NCBI GenBank assembly: GCA_910592345.1
Contig: CAJVPI010000244.1
Span: 1-39,586 of the forward strand
DNA from: Paraglomus brasilianum
Taxonomy: Eukaryota
DNA length: 39,586 nucleotides
Direction: 5' to 3'
In this document: positions 13,280 through 25,337 of the stretch, one piece after another
How the letters are laid out: each line of letters opens with the position of its first letter
Position numbering within the stretch: position 1 is the first letter of the stretch
Translations under genes and position numbers: made by a program
The notes under the pieces: generated by a model
Databases searched by the model: none
Told to the model about the DNA's origin: nothing
What the model saw: only the letters and a program-made list of their open reading frames with translations

Positions 13280-14324
13280 TTACTCCAAGTCTACCCATTG
13301 GCTCGCTATAGGACCAAAAAACGGAAATAAATATCTTTCCAGATTGGCTCCATCAATATATGCACGATATCTGATGAAATAGAGACGTCAGTGATCAGGG
13401 GACAACTATCCTAAAGACACCAATACAATAAAAAGGTAGCATACTCACGATAAATAACCGATAAGGCCTATTTCGATGAATAGAAGCATCCAACTGATGG
13501 CTGAAGAAAGAAACAGAAAGATTAAATGGACAAACTAGTAAAAGGAGAAATTAGTCTGTTAGTCAGGCTGTTCAGGAAGAATGATCAGCAGCAAAGACAA
13601 CTACACTACTCACAAAGACCGCAGCAAAAAGAAGAGATGACTAAAGTGAATCAAACGAATTTACAGATTAATCATAGCGTCCATTAGTATTTCCGACAAA
13701 TTTCATTCTTTATCCCAAACGACTTACCTGCCACGCATGAAATCGCACATAGTCATTCTTTGTTTCCATAATCAAGAACAATACACCTGATTAAAGAAAA
13801 AACGTAACAAGAAAAAACAGATTTAAGAATAACAAAGTACCTTTAGTCATACTCTCCAATGACTGTGGCATTTATTCGATCCAGGTTGCGTGTCCATACT
13901 CACCGGTCACACATCCCAAAAGATAAGTGCACGCTGCTTCCACATCAACTCTAAAAAGTAAACAAGACATAAATACTGTTACAGCTCAATCCTAACGAAA
14001 AATGCTTATTTTTGCTATCAATCTATTCTTACTATCGACTAAAGAGTTCACAATTCTTCTCACTAATACAATAACTTCTTATCCTGACCTTAGTCCTAAT
14101 GTAGTTTCATACTTATTAACTTTAATTGTTCCCTCTGGAAGACCGTGCGTTGTCTGATATACTCCGGCAAATGGGTTACTGCTTTGCACACTTGCTGAAG
14201 TAGACGCAGCTGCGGAGGAGCTGTGAGGGACAGGAGCGTAGCGGACAGACGACCGCTGTGATTTTGGAGTTTCGTCAGGTGGTGGCGTATACGGAGCAAA
14301 AGTACCTGGGTTCTGATAAGACAT
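13280..14324 (-). CDS. UPF0132/DUF4870 (Tic20-like) small membrane protein (~181 aa), exons 14324-14089, 13950-13904, 13786-13728, 13640-13614, 13534-13449, 13370-13280
   Basis: The spliced product reads YETTLGLRVDVEAACTYLLGCVTGVLFLIMETKNDYVRFHAWQSSLLF...YRAYIDGANLERYLFPFFGPIASQWVDLE*. Five canonical GT-AG introns give an open frame of 546 nt. Confidence 0.85.
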
Positions 14325-15548
14325 TTGAGGGAGTTCGATGTGAAGAGAAAGTTGTCAATGTTCGATCTAATAATGACGTACATGGTCACCCTCTTATTAC
14401 TATGATCGGCAATGTGATAATCAAAACACTGTGTTTCAGGATACCTAGTGTCTTTTCTTATCTTGTAATATATAAATAAGGCTTGGTGCTACGTTTTGGG
14501 CTTGCTCGTCTTTGAAAACCCAATTTAGCGAACGTTTGGCTGTTAAAAAAATCACGAGAAACATGAAAATTAATCGCAATTCAAGTAAAACCTTAGCTGT
14601 AGAATGAAATATTAATGGTTGTCTATAATAATAATTATAATAAAGCTAGAGACTCTTACATGAAATCTATTTTCTTCAGAAGGCCAACTCAAAAAACCGA
14701 TTCAGCAAAGATATGTACATGTGTTGTTATAAGATCAAGAGTTTTTAGTTATCGACATCTTGGTAATAAAATTCAACAAATTCGTAATTCTGACTGTCTA
14801 CATTTATTCAAAGTTAGTGGTTATGGTTTTGAAAGAGACAAGCTCATCCAGGAGAAGATTCATCAATTCTGATCTAGTAAATTATTTGGCTGTTGGATTT
14901 TATTTTATTTTATTATTTTGGCAAGATGACTTATATGGTCAACAATCGTGGGAGAGCAATCGATTGCTGACACTAAACCCAGACGGTTATTCGCCCTCGG
15001 GTTAACCAACTATTATTCCCTTCCGATAGATTATAATTTGTATTCTATCGGAAAATGCATTTCACGTAAGTAATGATGAGAATATCCGTGGGACAAGAGC
15101 GGATATTCCTGATCGATATAGGTATTAGTGGTTCACAACTTTACCAGAGAACGAATCATTAATAATGTATTTCAGAGTATAAAGAACTACTCGTTTATTA
15201 GAAAGGAATATTAATTGAACATTAAGGAACATTAAGAATTCTAACAGAAAGTCGCGCTTCTTATGTGTTTTGCTATCTTTGTCAGCACTCTTTTTCCCTA
15301 TATAGTAACTATTTATAGATTGTGTAATCAGACGCGCACATTCGCACCAATGCAATGCTTATGAAATGTAGTTTATCACTAAATAAAGTCTTTCCAACGA
15401 CCTGAACTTCGGTACTAATTGGCATTGAAGGATTATATGTATTTAGACAGTTTACAGTCAAAGTTCTCAATGATCTTTTTTTGTTTCCTTACAGAGATTC
15501 AATTCTTTTAAGCTTTAATATATATTAATTAAGAACAAATGCTAGGCA

Positions 15549-16060
15549 CAGTGGAACCTCTTTATACTGGTTAGCCCAGTTTTGGCCGGTATAAGGGCAT
15601 AAAATGCAGGTGATACAACGAGTGCATATATTTTATTATTACTTGATTAACACGTTTACTTATTTATTACTCGTGTTATTTGATCTAACTTTGTCTAAAA
15701 CCTGACTTTCTATTCTGCTCAATTCAATACTGCGTCATAAACGCTGTAAATTAACCACGTCTTCTCGTGCAATAAATGCCTCAAACGAAAATTTTTCTGT
15801 CATTACAATCATTTGTATCTTGCTCATTACTTTCGGATAAAACTATTTCAGTAATGTCGTCATTTACCATATTGTACGGAGTATGTTACTAATCGTACTG
15901 CGCAAACATTTCTGCAAGTTGGTTATGAGAACAATAAGAATTCCACTTAAATTGATGAATTTTAAAGCAGTGGGGAAAAACTCTGGATTTTTTATTTATT
16001 GATTGGAAAAGAACGTCTTTTACGTGACATGGTAAGTTAAACATAGAGGTTTATTTACTG
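15549..16060 (-). mobile_element. Degenerate pogo/Tigger-like deletion derivative
   Basis: Ends cagtggaacctcttta and tagaggtttatttactg form an imperfect inverted pair. Internal minus-strand peptide scraps are only weakly transposase-like. Confidence 0.3.
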
Positions 16061-16281
16061 TGTTACATGATTATCGGTATTTTTGTAATAGTATGACGAA
16101 CTTCGTCCAGCAAAATTTCGACCGGGACAATTTAATTAATGATGGCCGCTATATAAAGGGAAAATTCATATGTAAAAAACCGTTCCTGAAAATTTGGGGC
16201 GTTATAGCAAAAACCGGTATATGGGGAACGGTATACTAGATGAAAGAGAAAAGGCAACGATTATGTCAAAATATATATACA

Positions 16282-16425
16282 CAGTGAAATTCACTTTAAC
16301 GAAGACATTCGTTCCACGATTTTGCTTCGTTAACCTTGAGTGAACTGTCTTTTTATATGAAATATATGAATCCGTTTTGGAAAGACCTTCGTTATAAGCG
16401 ACCTTCGTTAAAGTGAATTTCACTG
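16282..16425. mobile_element. 144-bp pogo/Tigger-type MITE
   Basis: Perfect 23-bp TIRs cagtgaaattcactttaacgaag / cttcgttaaagtgaatttcactg, with TA on the right, in a TA-rich site. Confidence 0.85.
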
Positions 16426-16509
16426 TATATCAATATATATGAATATAACGCGATTAAATTAGCGTAACTCGATCACAAGTTCACGTTCTGTAAGTTCTTC
16501 AAGTTCTAG

Positions 16510-17070
16510 TACACTGTGGAATAAAGCGATTCGTGCTGGGACAATATTACATGCGCTAACAAACACCCCACTTTTAACAATCATGACAATATTAAAAAGC
16601 TCGAGAAAAATCGCATGCTGGGGGTTGGCCGACAATTCAAATTTGCTGCGGATGTTTGTGTCAATGCATATTAACCAGGGCTTTGTGCTAGCACAAAATG
16701 TACAAGTGTCTCATTCAACCACTGCAAGACATCTGACTCGAACTGGGGTGGTTTTGTGCATGAGAAAAAACTGCTCGAAAACATAATTACGCTAAATTTA
16801 TGTTAATATTCGTATTAAGCAAATGCTAGAGGGGAAATTGGCATTTCCAACGGGACAACTAAAGCCATTAGTCCTTCATGATAATGTCCCTCAAGTTATA
16901 TACTGGCTTCTGACTTGAAAATTTGTGGAGGATGGTTCGGTTGAAGAGTGGGAAGGAATACCGGAATCGACTTGCAAATTCGCTGAACCGCGTTGTGAGA
17001 TATTGGAGAGCACATTAAAATTTATTAACAAAACGTGACTTTCAAACAAATTATTGCTATGCACAGATAT
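16510..17070 (+). pseudogene. Heavily deleted Tc1-family transposase remnant
   Basis: Collinear motif scraps: VQVSHSTTARHLTRTG (HTH), VLHDNVP (DNAP motif), W..DL..ENLW, VEEWEGIPESTC. Confidence 0.6.
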
Positions 17071-17789
17071 CATATTTTTAATTCCAGATTTTTTTTGAGA
17101 CCATAGAGAGAATAAGCCAACATTTTTCCGTCAGCATTCAGTAGTTTTAATCTCGTTTCACGTTTGCGCCGTAGTTCGAGCCGCTTAAGACTTCATACTT
17201 ACTATTACAAAAAAACTGGCCAGATTTAGACGGTTAAAAAACGATAACTTTCATGCATGTAAAGAAGCGCGTACAGTGTTGATACACTGTCCTCTTGCGC
17301 AGAGAAATTCCAATCAGACCGCAAGTAGACAATTTCACTTTACGTATCTACATGTTGCTATAAAGAAATGATAGAGAAAACAATTGCGCAAGAAGAATGA
17401 GTCGGTTTTTGGACAAAGGCGTTTTATAGTGCATGTTAGACATTTATTGGCATGCGCAGAAATTTTCTATAAATAAACGCATAGTGCTCACTAATTATGT
17501 TGACCGTCAAATACATGGCTCAGAATCACGCTTGAATGAGGAGTAGATTTGGCTAACAACTTTACAGATAGTGAAACAAGATCTATCGTTTCTGTAATAA
17601 ATAAGGTTATTGTCTTTTCGTTTGTTATCCAACTAGAAATAATATAAGTAGTTTATTTATTTCCAATCCGGCAATTATGCTGATGGTAATTCCACGTTAA
17701 ATCGTTCTTGATAAAGACCCAGAAATTATAATACCCAAAATCTTCAGTCAGTGGTATATAGTAATAATAGAAAGGATACCTTGTTCCAA

Positions 17790-19486
17790 TCAGCTAGACG
17801 GCTTGTGATCAATAAGAACGCAGATACCATCTGGAAACTTGTTCCAGTCAATAAAATGTTGCTTTTTATCAATCATGGTCTCCAGACTCACGTGTCTATG
17901 TTCAGCCCTTTGCATCGATTGGCGTCCTTTCTCATCGACAAATTCATGCTGGCTTTCTTTCCTTAGCCTCTGTCTTTCGGATCTTCTTACATTTGTGTTA
18001 TACAGCGTTAGTCTCCCTTTGTCTGCTTTACAACTGTCTTCATTATCCTTCCTTTGTCCATTATATTGTGCCGCTACCCTCTCTTCCTCACCTCCATATT
18101 CGATGAAGCCCGAATAATCTTCTTCGAGATTGTGCTTATTTTCAACTGCCAATGGGTTTTCTAATTTTGCCTCATACGTTTCTGTCATCTCTGGACCAAC
18201 ACATTCTCGATATACAATATTGACCATAGCATTATTACGATCACCGCATATTTTAGTCCCATTTTTAGCCGAAAGTCGAGTTGCAAGCATCTTCTCTGTA
18301 GGCGAATGAGTAGTACTAGAGAGAAAATCCATAACACTACCGAAACCTTTTTTCAACGCCACTGGTTTCAGGATGCCGGTCGGACAGAGACCCTTTCTGC
18401 GCCGGCAAAAGGAGCAATTGCAAATGCCACGACATTTGGGACAAACCCAGACACCCGTTTGGCGGACTTCGTAAAGACTCTCTCCGTATCTTGGGTGATA
18501 TTTGAAGCGAATGTATAATTATTATTAAAATATCGATACCTATTCGTCATTCCAACAGAAAATTGGATATTCCGTTTGCTACCTTCCCATAAGACATCGC
18601 TCATCGAACATCACAGGACATAAACTTCCATCAGGTAACACATACTAGATAAATAATATTATACGTGATGTCGAAATAAATAGGTACATCTATATTGTTT
18701 TTGGCAACTGAGGAATAGATGACTTACAGTACATGAAACCTTTTCCTCAGTGGTCTTCTGACGACACTGATGGCATGTCGTGCCGAGTTCAGAATCATAA
18801 ACGCGTCCTCCGATGATACGGCGCCCAGGATTCGCACATCGGATTGAAAAACTTTTTTTATGAGTCTTGGTTCGTATGGAAAATTTTAATGACTGTCAAT
18901 ATACAGGTTTATGTAATCTCTCGAGGCAATTGAACGTTGTTTAATACCTTGCTTCTAGGATAACGTTTCTTTTCGCTATGATCAACATTATTCTTGTTCA
19001 ACAAGGAATTCTCTTTCAAGAGGTCTATCTATACATCCATAGGCATTTCATTTAGTCATCGTTCGAATATGTCGCTAGATAACTGATTAATATTATAAGC
19101 ATGCTATGGCAAGTATAGAATCCATCTTCTGAATGGTTTCTTACCTTCCCCGAGCTCCTTAGCCTACTGCGGAATGATATATCGATTTTATCCCTATTTC
19201 TTCCGCTAGTTTCTCGAATTTGGCGAGTTTTAGCTGGTGTGATTAGCTTGCTTCCAGGAGAAATCAAGGAGTCAGTTCCGATTAGTCCTAGTTTAGTCAA
19301 TAAGGCTCGGTTACGTTCAATGTGTTCTCGGCGAACAGCTTCATATTCTTCGCCCTGGATAAGAGTGCAACTTAGCAAAAGTAGTGAAGATGCAGTTACT
19401 ATGAAGCAATACATTGTACTGACCTTTAGAAAAGTAAGACTGGTTAGAGTAGTGTTCGATGTATTTGCAGACATCGGACCGTCCAT
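17790..19486 (-). CDS. CDCA7: CDCA7-like zf-4CXXC_R1 protein (~426 aa), exons 19486-19424, 19354-19145, 19028-18948, 18892-18728, 18644-18583, 18489-17790
   Basis: The spliced domain reads VYDSELGTTCHQCRQKTTEEKVSCT-YVLPDGSLCPVMFDERCLMGR-YGESLYEVRQTGVWVCPKCRGICNCSFCRRRKGLCPTGIL..GFGSV. The N-terminal helix YEAVRREHIERNRALLTKLGL is also present. The start codon is less certain than the domain. Confidence 0.88.
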
Positions 19487-20459
19487 CTTGCGAATAAGTG
19501 GTTTTTTCAAAAGTCAGGGTGTGATATACCATGCATTTGATTATATATACATACTGTTGTATCAGCATGGGGTCAACATCTACCAGGCGCGTTATCAAAT
19601 CTTGTGCTACGTTATTTTCGCGTCAAAAATTCTGTGATTGTAATTGGTTTAATCATAATCATAATCATTTGCAATTCTCATGTGATAATTATATTATGGT
19701 TGTTAATATTAATATTAATTAAATGTCGGTTTTAGGTTTTTAGATCTTGTACAGTTCCGAGTGCACGTTCTATTACTATCAAATTTACATACTAATACCG
19801 CATGACATTGTGAGAACAGTCGCTTTGTTATTGTCACATACAACACCGAGTTGTTAAACATCCAACATCAGGTTAGACTATTACTATGTATATGTACCCA
19901 GTTCTAAGTAGTGTTGAATAGAATTTATATTATTTACAGTGTATAGACTACCTTCTAAATTAGCTCATTATACAACAGTTGAGTACCTTAAAAGAAAAAC
20001 AAAGTAAAGTGTGGTGTGTGAATATGAATATGAACACCTAGTTTGATGTAATAAATAGTGTCACATCATTAATAATATTTAATATTGCTGTCTTTAACTA
20101 TAAATTCATATTGCCTAATTAAAGATAACTGCTATGTTATATTATATATTAATATGGGGCATGTTGCAACAAACCAGACAAAGTGAACATTTTATTATGT
20201 AGTGTAAATGAGAGGCTGGTGTGGCTAAAAGTCAACTAATTTGACAAATGATATTTTGGCTGTCCAAAAACATGACTGACACTCAACCTGCTTTTACTTG
20301 ACATTATAAACTATAACATGTTCCATATAGTAATAGGATTATGTCTATATAAAAATATAATATGAAACTAATTTACATCAAATCCAAAAAATTTCATTCT
20401 AAAAAAAGCTCAAGGAGGAAAATTGCTCCATATATTTTTAAAATCAATGATTATGATAG

Positions 20460-20965
20460 CAAACCCTCCGGGAATATCTAGATAAAGAAAATTTTACTTA
20501 TGAAAATTTCCAAGAAGAACGAAAAATAATAACCAATAAACGAACATTACCACCAACTCATGATGAAAAAACGAAAAATAGAAGCATAAAGCAAATAACT
20601 GTTGTGTTTATTATTTATGATTATTGGATTTTGTACGGACGATAATAGTGACGTATATTTATATTCCTCCCAGCATTTCTGCACAGCCCTAACAGTAATA
20701 CGAGATAGTAATAGCGGTAAGCCCTATAGACAGATCTAGCACTAGCTCGATGTTCTGTTCGAAAAGAGACGCCCGCATAAATAGTTCTCTTGAGCCCGTG
20801 CATCTTCATCAATGCATTAAAAACATGCAATGTCTTTCTATGTATTCATTGATGCGTGTCCTAACTTGAAGTTTGTTTATTGTAATGATAGTCACATAGA
20901 GAAGGTTAATTCAAATGGATTGAATAAGTTAGAAAGCTTGTATTGTAGTAATATACCTATTGCCA
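20460..20965 (+). pseudogene. Degenerate LRR-protein gene fragment
   Basis: IDACPNLKFVYCNDSHIEKVNSNGLNKLESLYCSN is an LRR-like pair. An upstream, disconnected frame reads LREYLDKENF...EERKIIT. Confidence 0.4.
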
Positions 20966-21099
20966 TGTATCTATCACCATGTATCTCAGCAAACCAAGTG
21001 TCCATTCATAACTTAAAATGCAAGTTTTATGTCGTACTTAGAACGCACAAAACGTATTAGTTGACTATTTTGATTAAATAAAGTTTATGCATTTTATTC

Positions 21100-22045
21100 C
21101 AAAAACTTTTTTCGCGCACGGTATCTTTAACGCCTTTATGGTCGGTGTAATCATTCCTCACTCGGACGGATTTGCCTTGGGTATTGCCGAGAGAGTTGTA
21201 TGCTAAACCTGTTATCATTCTGGCGACAAACGCGATTTGTGGCCGCTTTCATTTCGAAAAATAAGTGGCCTGTTCCTCACAGAATAACGTCCGATTGTAA
21301 GCTTACGTATCTTCGCAAAACTAATGAATGGAAATTTTCATGATGGTTCTGTTCATGCAGTTTCCATCGACCCTGGCGTTCGTACACCCTTCACATGGTA
21401 CTCTTCTACTAAAAATGTAGGTAAAATTGGCCAATATAAATACGACATTGGACGAATTATTCGCCTATGCAAGCACATGGACAATCTTCTTTCTATAAAG
21501 GACAAGCTGGCTGCCTCTAGTTCGAAACAGGCCTTGCGACTTGATAAGGTAATCTTTCGGATGCGACGAAAAATCAAACACCTGCAAAGCGAAGTTCATA
21601 AAAAGAGTGTCGCGTTTTTCACTCGCGAATTCGATGCCATTATCCTTTTTTTGAGGTGTCGAACATGGCAAATCGAAAAACAAGAAGGATAACATGAAAA
21701 ACCATTCGCAAAATGCTCTGTTGGGGCCACTATCAATTTCGCCAACGCCTTGGTGGCTAAAGCAGAAGAATTAGGTCCGTGTTATTATCCAAAACGAGGC
21801 CTATACTTCAAAAACTTGCAGCTGGTGTGGGAGCGTTCAAAAAATAGGAGGGTCCGAGATGCACAAGCGCCGGAATTATGTAATGGATCGAGATGAAAAT
21901 GGCGCTCGGTGAATCTTCTTCCGGGCATTGCTTGTTGGAGCCTTGATTCTCTCCGGAGAAATAGTAGTAATGCCTGTAAATCTACTATTGTTTGTGGCTT
22001 AATAAAGTAGTACAAGATGCCAGAGAGGGCAGTATTTGATTATCG
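21100..22045 (+). mobile_element. Degenerate Fanzor (Fanzor2/IS607-TnpB-like) RNA-guided nuclease element, copy 1
   Basis: Ordered motifs across frameshifts and stops: ITSDCKLTYLRKTNEW, RuvC-I AVSIDPGVRTPFTWYS (D at 21369), RMRRKIKHLQSEVHKK...EFDAII, EVSNM, KMLCWGHYQFRQRL, VIIQNEAYTSKTCSWCG (E at 21796), MDRDENGAR*IFFRAL (D at 21892). The element ends are approximate. Confidence 0.9.
21935..22045 (+). ncRNA. Candidate Fanzor omega-RNA scaffold
   Basis: Lies at the expected position overlapping and following the Fanzor C-terminus. Perfect 8-bp stem aatagtag(21960-67)/ctactatt(21982-89), enclosed by partial pairing of gcc..tctct..gg with ccagagagggc. Confidence 0.45.
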
Positions 22046-22296
22046 ATTGCAATATGGCATTCTCGTATAACCACGTGCAAGGATACCCGACAAATTCTCG
22101 CAAAGGCAATAGGTACAAATGCAATCATATCTTGATCAAATCAAATTAGTATAAAGTTATCAGAAACTTTTTTTTTTCAAAGAAAAAAATTTTTTTATAT
22201 TAGACAAACGAATGGACAAATAAAACAAATATTTATTCACTATTCTCTTATTGACACACTAAGTAACCTGGTCGTGAATCTTATTCACCTGTGAAT

Positions 22297-23878
22297 ATGA
22301 ATTCAATAAAGATATTTGCAGGTAACTCGCATATTGAGTTAGCCAAGATGGTAGCCCGGTATGTGTTCGGAAAGATACGATGGCTTAGTATAAGGAGGAG
22401 CCCACAGTAGTTATGAAAGTATGTTGGCTAGTTTAAAGGTGCAGTAGGTGCGAGTGGGCAGTAGGAGGCAAACATGAAAACCGAGAGAGACACTATGGTT
22501 AGTGATCCTTAATGGTATTTAACATCTAACCGTGTTTAATTACAGTAAATTGCGCTCCGGACAATATTTTCCGTGTATCTACTTAGTCTATTTATATCAC
22601 AATTTATTTCTTTTAACACTAGTTTCATATGCAAACCATAACTAAGAAGAAAGGAACGCACTATATATCACTTCACTTCAATTTTATCATCTTTGTTCTC
22701 ACTCTTCATTCTACTTCCACCATCCCCGTCAACACTACTTTTCCTCTCTTCTCGGTAAAATCACTTCCCTCCCACTTCCCAATTCAGTCGGATCGGAATC
22801 GATTTGGCAAAAGTAATCGTGCTAAAATACACCAACCAAGAAACTTCAGTGACAATTGGGGAGTCTGTACGTGACGAAGATGTCTTCATTATTCAATCTG
22901 GCTGTGGTGAAATCAATGACAATCTTATGGAACTCCTCATCATGATTAATGCATGCAAAACAGCTTCGGCAAGAAGAATAACAGCGGTGATTCCGTGTTT
23001 TCCGTACGCTCGACAGGATAAAAAGGATAAATCACGGGCACCAATTACGGCGAAATTGGTGGCTAATATGTTGATAGTAGCTGGAGCTAACCATGTGATT
23101 ACAGTCGATTTACATGCAAGTCAGATTCAGGGATTTTTTAACGTTCCAGTAGACAATTTGTACTGTGAGCCATCGATGTTGAAATATATTAGGACGAAGA
23201 TACCGAATTGGACCAATGCAATTATTGTGTCACCTGATGCCGGTGGAGCTAAGAGGTTGGTTTATGAAGCGATGGTGTTATTTATAAGTCTTTTGTTTTT
23301 AATCGCTTGAGAAAGACTGTAGCACTTAACTTTCTGCCCCTTAATTCATTCTATCTATACTTTTCACTTACGTTAGAGCAACCTCAATCGCCGATAGACT
23401 TAACCTCGACTTTGCTCTTATTCACAAAGAACGCAAACGTGCCAATGAAGTCTCCCGCATGGTTCTGGTAGGCGATGTTCGAGGAAAAGTTGCTATTGTC
23501 GTTGATGATATGGCCGATACGTGTGGAACGCTATCTTTGGCAGCGAAAACGTTGAAGGAGAATGGTGCTACAAAAGTATATGCTATCGTTGCACACGGTA
23601 TTTTATCAGGGAAGGCTATAGATGTTATTAATAATTCGGTATTAGAGAAACTGGTAGTGACAAATACAATACCACACGAGGATAAGAAGGCGATCTGCGA
23701 GAAAATTGATACTATAGATATTTCACCTACTTTGGCAGAAGGTAAGGTTGAGAACTTCCTACTCGTGTTTTTTGTAGGTAGCTTGCTTCCATGCTGATTA
23801 GTTATTTTTGTAATAGCTATACGGCGAACTCACAATGGTGAATCAGTCTCCTTCCTGTTTTCTCATGCACCTGAATAA
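22297..23878 (+). CDS. PRS: Ribose-phosphate pyrophosphokinase (PRPP synthetase, 318 aa), exons 22297-22358, 22788-23255, 23377-23741, 23817-23878
   Basis: [16 protein letters not shown]..., [78 protein letters not shown]. The exons total 957 nt in frame. There is no large non-homologous insertion, so it is yeast Prs2/3/4-like. Confidence 0.97.
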
Positions 23879-24702
23879 CATAACCGGTTGCAAGAATAAC
23901 ATCAACATTGGACTGTTTTGCTATTATTTTCCTTATTATACTTAATTTCTAAAAGTCATATTTAGAACTTTATTAACATTCAAAAGTACATGATAAGCAT
24001 TTGCATGACATCTTATTTCTAGAATTGGATTGATATTTGGTTCCTGTGATCACTGCGATGTGAAACTATCAGTCTAACAAGGCTGGAATATAAATGACAA
24101 ACTAATATCATAAAAATTTACTTTTTGCCCATAATTACAAACGGAATAAATTGTAAATATGGTTCTTGCACTTGTCGCATGATGTTGAGAAGCTATGCAA
24201 CACCAAGTCAGGCGATATGAGAAATGTTTACAATTAAAGAGTCTTCGAATACACTTACGGCCTTTTTTATTCATGGTTACAATTCGCATTATTATTATTT
24301 GTTGTCGTTCATGATTAACTCGCGGCCTCTCGCTATGATTACTCGCGACTACTTTTACATTATGGTCACGCTGTTATGGTTGCTCTGTTATGTGATTAAT
24401 ATGGTGCAACACATCTAAAACTCGATAAATTATCCAACTTTTCAAAACCCTGAGGATGAACTCAATTTTATCAATACGGGAGCTAGCGAATTTTGGGAAA
24501 ACGAAATAATCGTAATTACACATGTAGTGGCCCCTTAATTTTGTTATGCTATCCATTAACAAATCTAAAAATTATAGCATATACGAAGATACCACAAAAT
24601 CGAAAATTTCAAAGGTATAAATACGATTTACGTCGATCATTTAATAGTAATAAGCGAGTGAAGCTTTCAATCTCCTCACACCGCGATTAAAACTTACCTA
24701 TA

Positions 24703-24886
24703 CAGTCAACCCTCTCTATAGTCACGCTGTCGGGAACAATGCAACTTTTGTTGAAAATGTGCTTATAAAGAGGTGTGAGTTTTTCCTATAAGTTCAATAG
24801 TAATTGGTTCCCAAACATGGTGTGCTTATAAAGAGGTTTTCATATGATGTGCTTATAGAGGGGGTGACTATAAAGAGGGTTGACTG
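24703..24886. mobile_element. 184-bp pogo/Tigger-type MITE
   Basis: TIRs cagtcaaccctctctatagtcac / gtgactataaagagggttgactg (1 mismatch), TA on both sides, internal repeats of gtgcttataaagagg. Confidence 0.9.
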
Positions 24887-25337
24887 TATACATAGTCAAC
24901 CTCGATAATACTAGATAAGCAATTTACTTGTCACAGATGCATTCTTTGTTGTAAATTGTTTATTTGGCTTATTAGGTCCGGGAAAAAAAATAGGGTCAAG
25001 ATTTTACTAGTAAAACATATGAAAAATATTCATATATGCCTTAGCCCCCGGTTTAACGAAGATTTATAATTAAAATCTGTATAAAATAAACCATTCAGTT
25101 TAACAAAGATTGCCTAATTAGCATGATATACCACGATTTTTAGTGACCATTCGATCTGCTAATAGTAACAGCTGAATATCAGTTCTGATGTTTCTGTCAT
25201 TCCTTGGTATGACAGTGAATCCAGACCATTCCCTCTTGGTATGACATTAAACAATGTTTACGTTGTCTGTTAGCAGTTGTATGATGTTTATTATCGTTGT
25301 AAGTCGCCGCTACTCAAGATATTTTTCTCTGCACATA

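Noticed and set aside
17839..18604. ORFs overlapping or antisense to real genes (also 2908-3126, 11392-11667, 19239-19637, 31745-32069, 36593-36817)
   Set aside because: They are shadow frames of the modelled spliced genes with no independent support.
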